From the NCBI RefSeq assembly GCF_018977255.1, contig NW_024704743.1, forward strand, positions 58,964,001 through 59,028,000: a stretch of DNA of 64,000 bases, read 5' to 3'. This document shows, piece after piece, positions 1-12,188 of this stretch. The stretch comes from Callorhinchus milii. Taxonomy: Eukaryota. The translations under genes were made by a program, and so were the position numbers. How positions within the stretch are numbered: position 1 is the stretch's first letter; each line of letters starts with the position of its first letter. The notes under the pieces are model-generated. The model saw only the letters and a list, made by a program, of their open reading frames with translations, had not been told where the DNA came from and searched no databases.

Positions 1-74
1 TCAACACCTGGACAGATATCACATTTTATTTCACTTGTAATGTAAGTGTTGGCTTGGCTTGGCTGGCAGCACCA

Positions 75-220
75 CTATTTGAAAAGAGAAAGGTCCAAAA
101 TCCTGACCAACAATCCACAGATGAAAAAATTGGTCATTCATTTCGTGATTATTGGTGGGACATTGCTTGTGAAGCTGTTTTTTTATTTTTTTTATTTTGA
201 TGTGATCAGGTGCTATATCG
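75..220 (+). mobile_element. Degenerate Deu/SacSINE1-like SINE 3' fragment
   Basis: cactatttgaaaagag...tggtcattcatt...gtgggacattgc...gtgctatat resembles better copies in the window. Confidence 0.5.
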
Positions 221-1147
221 AGGCACTATTTTATTATTGAAAGCACAATTCAATATATCAAAATTTTGTGATGGCAAATGCACCACAAATACTGTAGGAA
301 TTTTATATGGGATTTCTCCAGTTTGTACAGTAGGATCACAGAACAAAGATGCCTGGAAGGTATTGGTGATCAAGCGTACAATAATGGTACTGATGTGTGT
401 TATCCACTTCAAATCTGTTCTTAGCAATAAGGTAGAAATTCAATGCACATCCAAAAATCTGTAACATTACCAATTCTGACTTCAGGCATTTTTACCAACT
501 GTTCTGAGTTTTAATTAGGTCCCTAGAGTTGCGTCACAACAGCAAATGTCAAATTACATTGTCACATTCACCCAAACATACAAATCACATCAAGGAAAAT
601 TCGAAAAACTTCTAAAGAGCCTGAAAGTATTGACTTCCACAGACAGATTCTAGATATATAGACAAGAACAGCTAGATACAATTTCTGCATGCTTCAAATG
701 CATACTGTAAAAAAAAATAAGGGAATGTGAATTATGTTCTGTAATGAAAACAACAAAAAGTGAATATCATAATATAAGTAACAGAGGATGGCTTTTCATT
801 TCCTTCTTATGGCCTATCACAAGAGAGCTGCAGATGTATGGGGTCCCTAGGCCCATTTGAACTAATTCTTCCAGAATACCCACCCTCATCTGTCTAATAA
901 ACTATGCATTCAATTGTGAATTCCCAGAAGGATTACTAAATAGTGAGTCTCAGATGTGTTGTGGCTGACTGTAGAAATCAGTCACCAATCTCAGTTCCAG
1001 CTTCACACTACCAGAGAAAACTACTCCAGCTCATCTGGGATTCACTATTTACAAATCCTTTTGTGATTTTCTCAATTTAAACCCCAATGTAATTTTTTTT
1101 TAAAAAATGATAAAAATGAAATTAAATGATAAAAATGAATTAATATT

Positions 1148-1310
1148 GTCACAGAATTATGCAGCAAAAAAGGAGGCCATTCAATTACCATGTCTGTGAT
1201 ATCTGAAAATAAGCTATCCATTTATCCCCATTGCCTCCGCTTTCATATTTTTCTTTTTAAAAAACGTCCATTGTCTTTTGAAAACCCTTTTGGATTCTGC
1301 ATCGTCAATT
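1148..1310 (-). mobile_element. CR1 LINE 3'-end remnant
   Basis: cacagaattatgcagc...ggaggccattca resembles the CR1 3' ends at 22517 and 49075. Confidence 0.5.
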
Positions 1311-1884
1311 TGATTTTTGTTTTTAAAAAAAGTGGACTTAATTATGAAGCAAAATTAATGAAGAATGTGGAATGATTTCTTCAGTCCACTCTTTTCCACA
1401 AAAGAGAAAATGCAGAAAAGTTTTAAATTTACACTCAACTTCGATCCAGAAAGAACAACCACTACCCATTCCGAATGGATGAATGGAATTGTGAACTTGC
1501 TGACATAAAATGTATGCTAGGCATGTTAGGTTATCCTCCAGGGATCCAATATACAGTCATGTAGTGATGCAATATCAACTCCAATAGCATAATGCTGAGA
1601 AATGGAATAGAAAGCATGATTGTCATCTCACTGCAGTTACATTTTCCTATTATGTTGAAGTACCAACTTCACAGTACTAACTTCCTGTATTAAGCAGTGT
1701 ACAACATTTCCCATTTTAACTTAAAATATGACTTTTTAAAAAGTATATTGTTTGTAAATTTACTCCATAAAATATAGAAACATATTACATATTAAACTAA
1801 AGGGAAATTCAGATACATGCATACAACTCCTCACATTTTTCTTCATCTTATTTTCGTCTGATTCAATATCAAGTGAACATGACC

Positions 1885-2222
1885 GTTTTGTTGGCAAATT
1901 TGTCAGCCATTTGTGCCAGCAAGATCCTAGAAAACAGTCATGAGGTGTATGACCAATTTATGTGGAGGAATGTAGTCCAGAACACTGACAGAAACTATCT
2001 ACTCTTTTTGATATGATCTTTAACGTTCACCTTAAAATATGCTGACTGAGTACTCCTTTTAACATTTTAGTTGAAGTATCCAAAAGACTGTACCTGAAGA
2101 TGTAGCTCTTCTCTAGAAATGCTCTAAAAAAAATCAACATATATGAAAAAACAAGCTCTGACATAGGTCTTCAACCTACAACCGTCTGACCTAAGGGTGA
2201 CAGTGCTTTCCACTGAGCCAAA
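1885..2222 (-). mobile_element. Old Deu/SacSINE1-like tRNA-derived SINE
   Basis: Reverse strand shows tggctcagtgg A-box-like head and a Deu-type body (gtgaacgttaaagatc); similar to 55965-56247. Confidence 0.6.
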
Positions 2223-2511
2223 GTGACACCAAAAAACAATTTGGTACAGAACTTCAATATGTAACTGTCAGAAGAAGCACAAGAGCAAACAGACTTCCAC
2301 ACTGAAAGACACTGACCTATTGTAATGTAATTAGACTTTGGAAAGGCATGTTCTTATTCATCAACATGCTACATCATCAAAACATTAAGTGACTCATGAA
2401 GCTAATTTATGTTAACGTTCTATGCATCAAAAGTGAAAAATGCCTCACGACACCAAATGCGCTACAGGACGCTTCCACATCAATTATGCTGAAAGAAATA
2501 AATATGGATTG

Positions 2512-2690
2512 AAAAAAATAATTATAATTTGTCACTCAATCCACAACTGTTTATGAAACACTGCTGTGCACAATTGGCTACCGTGATTCACCTACAAAAT
2601 GTACAGTTAATTCACTTTGCAGGATATTCTGTGAAGAGCTTTGTGATGTCTCAACAATGTGATAAGGCACTATATCAAATGCAAGGATCA
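2512..2690 (+). mobile_element. Young composite SINE, 3' half
   Basis: ctgctgtgcacaattggct...ttctgtgaagagctttg...gcactatatcaaatgcaagga matches the 3' part of the full copy at 4453-4831. Confidence 0.8.
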
Positions 2691-2704
2691 AATGCAGGGA
2701 TCAT

Positions 2705-3230
2705 GATCTAAAAGAGGGGACGGAGTGGGCAAGACAGAGGGATTGAGGGAGGTATTTCCAAAGCTTTGGGGTGTAGTGGCTGAAAGCACGGCTTCCAATG
2801 GTGGAGGGGATGAGCAATGAGCAGGAGGCCAGAGCCAGCCGAATAGAGGCAGCGGGTAATGAAGTGGGGAGTAAGCAGGCCAGAAAGTTAGGGAGTTGCA
2901 AGCCCTGAAGGGAATTGTAGACGAGAGAGGATCTTGAAATATAGGGAGCCAGTGAATCTGGTGAGGACTGGTGTAATGGTGTTACCGAGTTTATTTAGGC
3001 TGAGAATATGGGGAGCAAAGTTCTGAATCAGTTGTAGTTTGTGGGCAGTGGATCTGGGGAGGTTATTAGAATAGTCGAGGCAGGAGGTGTCAAATACATG
3101 GACAAGGGTTTTGGCAAGGTATGTGGTATGGTCGGACGCAGGTAATATGATGGAGGTGGAAGAAAGCGGTCTTGGTTAGAGATCAAATGTGGGGGGAAAG
3201 GACAGCTGGGGATCGAACCTGACGTCAAGA
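2705..3230 (-). mobile_element. L2 LINE fragment (RT C-terminal region)
   Basis: Minus ORF with PSTIGSRAFSHYTPKLWKYLP, the L2 C-terminal motif; purine-rich plus strand typical of these copies. Confidence 0.8.
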
Positions 3231-4452
3231 ATACGTACAGTGAATATTACACACTGCTGCTGTTGATTAGTAAAGGCTCATCATCACTACAGGTTCTCAA
3301 TAGCAAGCTTGCAATGTTGAAATTCATTCCTCTTAGTATTCCCAGGAGTTTTGCTGAACTAGACATAGTACTGTATAAGGCACTGTTTCAGTACAGGTTT
3401 TACCCCAGATTTCTAAATAATATCTGTGTAGGATTTTTAACAGTGTGGCCAACCCAACCTGCCTTATGTAGTTATCGTGCTTCAAAACATTCTAAATGCT
3501 CGTAATAGCTTCTCAAGGAAATCCAAGAGAAAAACAATTTAAAATACACCACAGCATGTCTTATTCTATCATTAATGCAAGATAACAAATATTGCCCCTT
3601 CTAACACAAGAGGGATGCACAATTAAACATTGCAAATTACTGCTATCCGCTTGAGTATTGCAAAATATTGAATGCAAGAAAGTGTGAGTGAGACAGAGCT
3701 GTGGCAGCCTGACAAACAGCAGTGATTTTCTCTGAATATCTGAATCCCCACAGTGCAATCAGCTACATGCTGCCACAACAACCAGTCACTGGCCATCAAT
3801 ACCTGCAGTCAGAAAACAAATATTGGTTTGGCTTCTGCTCATTTTTTTTGAATAAGGAATTTATGGCAACTGTCCCTTAATTTAAGAATTACAACAGTAT
3901 ACACTATCAAATTTACAAATTAGATTTTCTTTTGGAAAAGACAGAGAAGGGTTGCTGACAAATCTACGGTACTTGTGCATAAACTAATAACCCTACACAA
4001 TAATAATGCCATAGAAATCATCCCTGTGACCAGCTTACTGTATCCTGCTCTTGTCCAAGCTGAATCACGAGTATCAGAATCAAAACAAATGTTCCAAAAT
4101 AAAGCTCTACAATAGTTGTATTGAACAACTGTCAGGAAGATATTGCAGACCCCATCCGCTTTAAGGAGCAACAGAGAAGCCACAAAGCTGAGGCGAAGAG
4201 CCAAAACACCCACCGAAACCTGTTACCAACCTTGGAAATGGGTCCATACAGAAGACCTGCATTTCATGAGAAGTTTCCCTAAAAATGTAATGTCACAGGG
4301 GTACAAGTGCCTCAGGGTGCTTCTACATTGCTTTTGATGGCAGCAGAGTTATTCCTCAAGCCTCTGTTCCCCACCCACAAAGCTCCTGAGAGATTTGGGG
4401 TTGAAAAGATCCTGCAATCGCTGGGTACTCTGTTAATGCTGAGTCTGGAGCT

Positions 4453-4831
4453 ATAATAATAATAATAATCCTTGCATTTGATATAGCACCTTATCACGTC
4501 TTCGAGACGTCTCAAAGCGCTTCACAAAATATACTGTAAAGTGAATTGATTGAATATTTTGTGGGCGAAACGCGGAACAGAAATTGAGCACAGAAGTGTC
4601 CCACAAACAGTTGTGGATTGAAGTGACCAAATTATTATTATTATTTTGTGAAGGAATTTGTCCCTGAAAAAGCAATCCGCCAATCGACTAACATCTGGGT
4701 TCCTACTTACTGCTAGGTAAACAGAGGCATTTGAAGTAAGGAAGCTTGTCCAACATTTCACCCTGCTGGGAATCAAACCCAAGACTCTTGCTTGCGAGGC
4801 GAGTGCTCTAACCACTGAGCTACAGGACTCC
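4453..4831 (-). mobile_element. Full-length young tRNA-derived composite SINE (SINE2-1_CM-like)
   Basis: Minus strand: GGAGTCCTGTAGCTCAGTGGTTAGAGC (A box), GGTTTGATTCCC (B box), central domain, Deu-like 3' body, L2-like tail ...TATATCAAATGCAAGGA(TTA)n. Confidence 0.9.
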
Positions 4832-7821
4832 ACTATAAGCTACTGAAGACATGCTGCTCCTGATCTGCATTGTGAAGTTCAATAGAGAACGTATGCAGTG
4901 TTACTGAACCTTACACAGACACTTCTCATTGGTTCCTTCCAGTGTGCCACTGCTATGCCTTGCCCTGGGGGACAACAAACCCCACCAAGTCACTGTTAAA
5001 AACTAAGAAGAGTAAAGACAACAACAACAACTTGTATTTATATTGTGCACTTCATGCAGAGTAGCTCAGAGCAATGTCCTGAATTTTTTCTGATATTTCT
5101 TGATATAATTTTTCCTACTTCTGTAGAGTTCCTGATGGAGCATAATGGCAGGCAAATTGTTAGGGCTGTATATATGTAAATATTTATGCCTTTGTTTTTG
5201 ACCACATATATATATTATTTTGACCATATCATTGTTATCAGAGTCCTTTCTTATTGCTGATATTTCTTGATATAATTTTTCCAATTTGTGTGGAGTTCCC
5301 ATCAACACTACCATAGTTTACACTGTTAATGAGCAAAAAAAGCCGAAAGTTTGGACGTCCACTACAAGTGCTTGAAAAAGTGGATATTTCAGTCTCTTTG
5401 TATGAGCTAGATGTAATGACTGTATCTTGAAAAAAAAACGTGCTAACTCCTCATATAAATTTCAGATATTATTCTAGTTCTCTCTACATTACGTCTCAAC
5501 TGACACAAGTGCCAAATGCCATTTGGAATTTCTATCCCGATATCTATCAAATGGGATACATCTATTCAATAAGACTCTCAGGGTCAAGTTGCAGCCTGGG
5601 AACTATTCTATTCATGCGTAACGAGGCCCACATGTTGGTCATCCCTGTCTTAGACCATTCATTTTATGTTAAGGCCTGCTTTAATTATGTACCATGTGCT
5701 CCAGTCTCCTGCACCAACATGAGCTTTGTAATGCTGCAGGATAAGGCATAAATTTCAAAATGCTTGCAGCGGAGAGACAAAAGATTCTGCACTGTTTGTT
5801 GCACAACAACAATTGTTGTGAAGCAAGTGCACATTTCGTCTAAGCGTAATAACTATTTGGTGGTTTGACTCTTTCTCTGCACTAACCGACAATGAACAGA
5901 TCCTATTTACTGAAGCACACAAAGCACAGCGACTTGATGATTGCCAGGGCAAGCCGAGACATGTTTCACCATCAATACACTGCACGTTATTCCGGTTTTA
6001 GAGAATGCACCATATGAATTTTCATTGACAAGTGTGCTACTTCACCAGCCTCTTTTGTGGAAGAAAATGAAGCTGGCAGCGTTATGTTTTTGTTTTGTAT
6101 TCATTATTCAACTCTTAATACTGTAATTACTTAGTGTAAGTAGCTTTGTTGAACCTGGTCTCATTTCTCCCCTGTCACTACTTAAGTTTTTTTAATCTAT
6201 GCATATTCTTGAGGAAAAGTATAGAATACAGAACAACAAAATATCAAACTGCTGCTCAAGCTCTGCACCTCCAGTTGGGGAACCAATGCTCAGCGAACAG
6301 TTCACACAATAGAAATTCTCTCAAAGTTTTATGCCGAGTTGTGCTGTTCCCTCTCCAGCTCGCAAGGAGTTCCTGGTTCCTGCTATGTACCTATTGAACA
6401 CTTAAGGATGCACTTGCATGTCTAATGACCAATTAGCAATTATTCTCCTGGGAGGGGAAGGGTGGTCTCTTTGGGGTTGAGTGGCTCCAAAGTGGCGAGC
6501 CTAACAATGGAAGATCGGAATAGACTTGATGCTCTGTGCCAATCTCAACAAACTGATACCAGAGCCTAAATTCTCTGGGATTAGACACAAGGGGCACATC
6601 CCTCTGAGTAAAGAATCCACACTCCATACCAGACAAACAGAAACAATAAGTCTGCAGTTTGGTCTGGAGACTCAAGCCAGGCGATGATGTTCCACGTGGC
6701 TGACCAAAAACAAAACAACTTAAATCTTATATGTTTGCATCAACCAACTATGCACATTCTTCAAAGTGCTTTTCCAAACACACCCAAACAGACCCACAAC
6801 AATTAGAAACTTTGAACGGTCAAGTCCGATGGCAAAGTCAATTTTTCCAAACTAGCAGTATCCACAGGCTCCCACCACGCTAGGAAGAGAAACATAACCT
6901 GTGGTCTGCAAGGTTACATTAAACCCCTGAAATTTTCCAACTTGAAGGGCAAGAAAGAAACATCAACATTTTATTATTTTGTAACTTTTAGTTCTGTTTA
7001 AATACCTCCTCAGAAGATTAAAGCGAGTGGAGACTGACAGTAAAAACTGTACACGTTGTTGAAAGGATGAGCTCAATGAACCAAATGACCTGCTCCCCAC
7101 CACCACCCCACATTCCATATGATCTTATATTTCCTGTGCCAACACGTTTGAAGTCTGATTCAGAACTCTGATGCTTTTTGTACCTATCTCCGGATGGTAT
7201 TTTGCAGACTTTTGATGAAATAAAAGGGCGGCTTATATTTGGAAGAAACATTAATAGAGTTCTGCTATTAATGACTCAAACAAATAAATAATTTGAACTT
7301 GGTAAAGGCTCCAGTTTGCTACTCGACTTGTCAGAACTTCTACCCATTTACACTCAAAAAATGAGCTGCATTTGCAACACGCAAAAAAACATCTTGTTGT
7401 CGGCCTTTTCTGATTTGCCATTTCCAAAACTTCCAGCAGATGTGCGAGAATGCAACCAGATTTATTCTGGTGACCGTATGTGCAGTCTAGTGGGAATGCT
7501 GGATTGTAAGAGATTGGATTAATTGTTCTCAGTTAAATAAAAGGAGCTTCTGCTCCCACAATGAATTACGGCTTCAGTATGTTATGGCCAAATTGCTAAA
7601 CATTGCTGAAAGTGGTTCCTTACTGCAGTATAGAGGCCATGCAAGCAGAATTTCCACAAGAAAGTTTATATCAATTTTCAGAAGTGGCAGTGCACGAAAA
7701 AGGAAATTAAAGCTGTTAAAGAAATACAGTGACAGAGGATGTGTTGTACATTTTGCACATTGTGTCAACACAATACACTTCAAGGTTGAATTCAGTACAG
7801 GCTGCAAAGGGGTTTGAACCA

Positions 7822-8295
7822 CAACAACAAATTGGATTTACATTGCGCCTTTTATGTCAGGAGGATGACCCGAGGAACTGGACAGTCAAGGGTTAGCAAC
7901 TGAGCTGGGGAGTTGGAATCCAGTAGGGTGGGGGGGCAAAGAGGTGGGAGGATAGCTGAAGGCACTGTCAAAGAAGGTCTTGAGACAAACCTTGAAGGAG
8001 GTAAGGGAGAGGGCGAGGTGGAGGGCTTCCGGGGTGGAATTCCAGAGGGTAGGGGCAGAAATGCTCAAGGCCTGACTGCTAATGGTAGTGCAGGCAGAAC
8101 AGGGGACACGAATCAGGCCAGTGCCCACTGAGAGAGAGCGGGAGGTAGGTAAGGTTTCAGCAGGTCGCAGAGGTAGGGAGGAGCAAGACTGTAAAGGGCT
8201 TAAAGTGGGGACAAGGATCATAAACTCGATCCTTGGGGGTTGGGGAGCCAGTGAAGCTGGGCGAGGATGGGATGAGGATAGCTCACGGAGCTTGG
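7822..8295 (-). mobile_element. L2 LINE 3' end, 5'-truncated
   Basis: (CAA)n tail and ttacattgcgccttt...gtcaggagga 3' end; minus frame RIEFMILVPTL...APTLWNSTP...FKVCLKTFFD. Confidence 0.88.
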
Positions 8296-8299
8296 TGCA

Positions 8300-8580
8300 G
8301 CTTCTTCTGTTTATTTTTCTTTCACAAGATGTACCAGAGCCAAGCCGCCCCTGCTTTCCATCCAGAACGCAGTCGGACGTGCCCTGTTGGAGCTGCTTGT
8401 TATTGGCTGGGCTTGCTTTCTTCTGCTGGCCTGCAGCGGTCAAGCTGACCATGATTGACAGCTCCCCTCTCCATACATTATTGCTGGTGTTTCCATGGTG
8501 CTGAAATCCAGCGTTTTCACCCATGTTACACGTCATTTAGCAGATAACCAATAAGCAGTAACCAAGGAAGTAAAGCACAC
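8300..8580. promoter_or_regulatory. Candidate intronic enhancer (motif cluster)
   Basis: Apparently non-repetitive, relatively CpG-retaining stretch with TGATTGACAG (PBX-MEIS/PREP, 8452-8461), ATTGG and CCAAT, CACGTCA, AGATAA and GGAAGT. Motif evidence only. Confidence 0.3.
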
Positions 8581-9479
8581 ACAGTTATCAAAATACACAC
8601 TGCTTCTACCAAAATGGTAAGATGAAAAGCAGTGTGTGTGAGTGTGTTTTCCACAAAAGGTCAAAGCACACATGCATACACCATACGAATAGGAGTATTG
8701 AGATCACATGTCCAATGACTGTCTGTTGCTCGTTTTTTATTTACTAATCAAAAATGCAATTTCAGCAGATCTGGATTCCTAATTTGTCACAAGTGGCCAG
8801 CAGCGAATATAATAGACAATACTGCCCTATCTGGTCCAATTGTTGCACATACTCCTTCCTAACATTGGGGGTTATCCTCATTGCTCTCCTCTGCTCTGCC
8901 TCTTGGACCTGGAGGGAATCATTGGGATAAGTCCACTATGTACCACTGAGAGCTTCCAAAGTCACACCGATTGCAGCAACATGGCCTGAAAAGCAGAATT
9001 ACAACATTTATTCTTCTTTTTAAACAATTATGCTAAAAAGGAACTGGAGTTCCTGTAGGGTCAATGAACTTCCATTGTTTATTTCAACAATAAGACAAGA
9101 ATACAAGGTAAATACTGTAAAGAGAAGCAGCCAGTAGGATGTTTCTTTTTATTGTTGCTAGCAGACACACACAGATGCACACAGACATAATCTGCTAATA
9201 CAGTGATGTCAAACGTGACTCTAATTGTGTGCTGTAGTTTAACAGTATAAATTTATACTTAATGTTAACCTTGAATCAATTTTCCAGCTAAAGCTTCAGC
9301 CACCCTTAACATTATGAACACATTACTCCTTTAACGCTACATTTATATCGTCGAACCACCATCGATAAAAGGCTCCGCAATACTGCCTCGGGGTGCTACC
9401 CATGTGGAAGATGCTTCATTTGGAAAGTTCTTTTCAAGTCCCGTTCCTGATAGTTTCTGTCTATCTGTTACCATACTGA

Positions 9480-9920
9480 ACTCATACCTCCATCACACTA
9501 ATTCTACCTAGCCAAGCTCCACTGGCTCCATATCGCCGAACGGATCAATTTCAAGATCCTCACACTCGTTTTCAAATCCTTTCATGCCCTGGCACCTCCC
9601 TACCTCTCCAACCCATTTACCTCCCAACCCACAACCCTCTGCCTCCGCTCGACTGGCTCCGGCCTTCTGCATGTCCCTTGTGCCCTCCGTTCCACCATCG
9701 ATGACCGCACCTTCAGCCACTACACCCCAAAATTCTGGAACACTCTTTCTCTATCCCTCCGCTTCCTTCCCCATCTTCAGGTTGTGCCTGAAGACCTTTC
9801 TTTTCAACCGTGCCTATGTACCCCTCCCCCTGGCTCGGCGTCATGCTCCACCACTGTCAAGAGTTCTGGGATGCCACCCTACATGAGGGGCACTATATAA
9901 ATCCAAGTTGTTGTTGTTAT
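9480..9920 (+). mobile_element. L2 LINE 3' end
   Basis: ctccactggctcc...ttcaagatcctc...aagacctttcttttcaaccgtgcc...cactatataaatccaag(ttg)n. Confidence 0.88.
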
Positions 9921-10294
9921 TTGGCCTGCAGCCCAATGACTGGAAACATTCAAATCAGTTTTGAAGTCAAGAATGGCTTCAGAGATACCAGTTCTTTTGA
10001 TGGATCTCAAATCCTCTGGAGGCAGTAGTTCCCATGATTCACCGCGCTGCCTCCAGTCAGAAACATTGTTGACCACAGCTTCATAGCATCAGTGGGGCTG
10101 GGGTTAGGCTCGATCCTATGGATAATATAATTACCCAATGGGACGTGTCACAAACTATGATCAACGGGTGGTAAATGGACTGTACAACTCATCGATACAA
10201 AACCATGCAAATTGGAATAAAGAATCAAATCCTCCCGTGCTGATGGAATTAAATTCTCTGCTGGTTGGAAGGCACCTGAATCCCAATAATTGTA

Positions 10295-10375
10295 GTTGAG
10301 GTACAGATCAGCTATGATCCAATAGAATGGCAGAATAGCATTGAGGGGCTGAATGCCCTATTCTTGTCATGTTCC
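10295..10375 (+). mobile_element. CR1-type 3' tail remnant
   Basis: gaggtacagatcagctatgat...gaatggc...gaggggctgaatgcccta resembles 38731-38892. Confidence 0.6.
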
Positions 10376-11032
10376 AATATTCACCTTCTCGTCATAAACC
10401 TTCCAAGATCTCGCTGGAAGATGCAACCAAGCCAGCAATACAGCTAGCCAAGAGCTCAGCCAGGACACAGCACAAGCTCTGCCCAAGGGAACCTTAGTCC
10501 TTTCTGTCTCTAAGGGCAGGTAGAGTTCTCCTTATCTCTGGAGACAGCAATAGTACCTTGTAAATTAGAGAGGACACGAAGGTGGTCTGTTTGGGAATCA
10601 CAAAACAAACATTGATGCGATGTGGGATGTTATTCCGAACTTGCGGTGAAGACATGCTATTGGCACAAAACAGGGAGAGCTTTATTCTGCAGCTGCTGGT
10701 ATCATTTTGAGCTGAACGGACTCAATATTGAGTGCCAAGAAGTCCAAAAGTGATCCACTCTTCAACATTGCTTCCCGTTGATCAACATGAAAACATTTGT
10801 TTATTTAAACAAAAAAATCTGTAATGTAGCAAATGAAGACTAATGGTTACATTATTTTATAATTTTAACTTGTGGCAAATTGTTCATACACGTTTCTAAA
10901 ATGAATCTTAATTGATTCCACACATATCCAGCCCCAATTAGTACACATTTCTGGCTCTATCCTGGCATGTAAATTGTTACCAAGTTCCAGCAAGAAATAG
11001 CACAGCTTTTTAATATAAAGCACAATAGCAGC

Positions 11033-11406
11033 TTGCCTCAGTTGGAAGAACCTCTCTATTCTGCATCAGAAAGTTGTGGATTTAAGCCCTACTTCAGGAA
11101 ACAAGCTCAGCAAGCTGACATATCAGTGCAGCACTGTAGGAGTCCTGTCCTTTGTATGCCACAAAGTCCCCATCTGAATGTTCAGAAGATGTCCATGTCA
11201 AAAAGAGGGAGTTTCTTGCGGGGTCCTGGGCAATGATCCAATTTTATATGAACGACTGCCAGAGCTATCTGTGCGACCTTGCTATGCAAACCAACTACCG
11301 TAATGCCTGCAAAAACAGTCACTACATTTCACAGGAATTACCTGTAAAGCACTTTTACACATTTCAACATTATAGACAGTTGTATGAAATGGAAAATTCA
11401 TTGTTA
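11033..11406 (+). mobile_element. Old Deu/SacSINE1-like SINE
   Basis: gcctcagttgg head, tcagaaagttgtggatttaagcccta, gctgacatatcagtgcagcactg body and ctgtaaagcactt tail. Confidence 0.6.
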
Positions 11407-12188
11407 TGACTTGTAATTTCCCACCAACTATCTAGCTTTAGGCGAGGGAGGTGAGTTGGGGAAACAGATGAAGGGCTTCATCTATTTGCATCTGACAGGC
11501 AGAGGTATGCAAGTCCCCATCCCAGTCAAGTAGTTGACCTCTGCTAAGCAGTGTTACCGACACAGCATAGGTAGATAAATCAATGAAGTGCACCAGGCTC
11601 CCACTCTCTCTAGCGCAATATAAGCTTCACACTGCATTTACTTTACATTCATCTCAAGAAAGTGCAAACGACAGGATGGCAGTGCACACAAGTATTTAAA
11701 GTGTTAAAACATTTAGAAAGTTAAAAATCCTGAAAAATAAACCTCAGACAGATAAGAGTATTCTTTTACTTTGTTCAAATAAATGTAGTACGTTTCTAGA
11801 CCTTGTGTTAAGATCTAAATTGACAATAAGTCTAGACGTCCATTGATTTCAGCCCACCTTCCCTCCTCCCACTATAACCAACACATCCATTTGACATGAA
11901 CTTGTTTCTAACAGTCCATAGTCAGTCACTTATTCCAGTTTCCAGAAAATTCCTTTCACTGCATACAAGGAGCAATTCATTCAATCACAATCCACGATGA
12001 CTTTGCAGGATCCCTTGGCTTTGCTGGTGATTCAAGAAATGCTTTTCGGGCCATGTGCAAAATACCACTGCCAATTCACTGAAAATAACTTTTGAAATCA
12101 TTGTAAAAGATCTCAGCACTCAGAAAGTAGTTTGCTCGTTTAATGGGACCTTGACATAATTACTGAATCACCCCGGTTTCATAATGAC

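Noticed and set aside
4312..4340. NVE-coding stretch and the VFIK-coding stretch near 13343 as the next GLCCI1 exon
   Set aside because: Flanking codons do not match the expected VEGISPELEKVFIKE and stops intervene; the next exon was not found in the window.
7886..8536. 216-aa minus-strand ORF
   Set aside because: Its C-terminal two-thirds is L2-derived and the rest has no recognisable homology or good splice sites.
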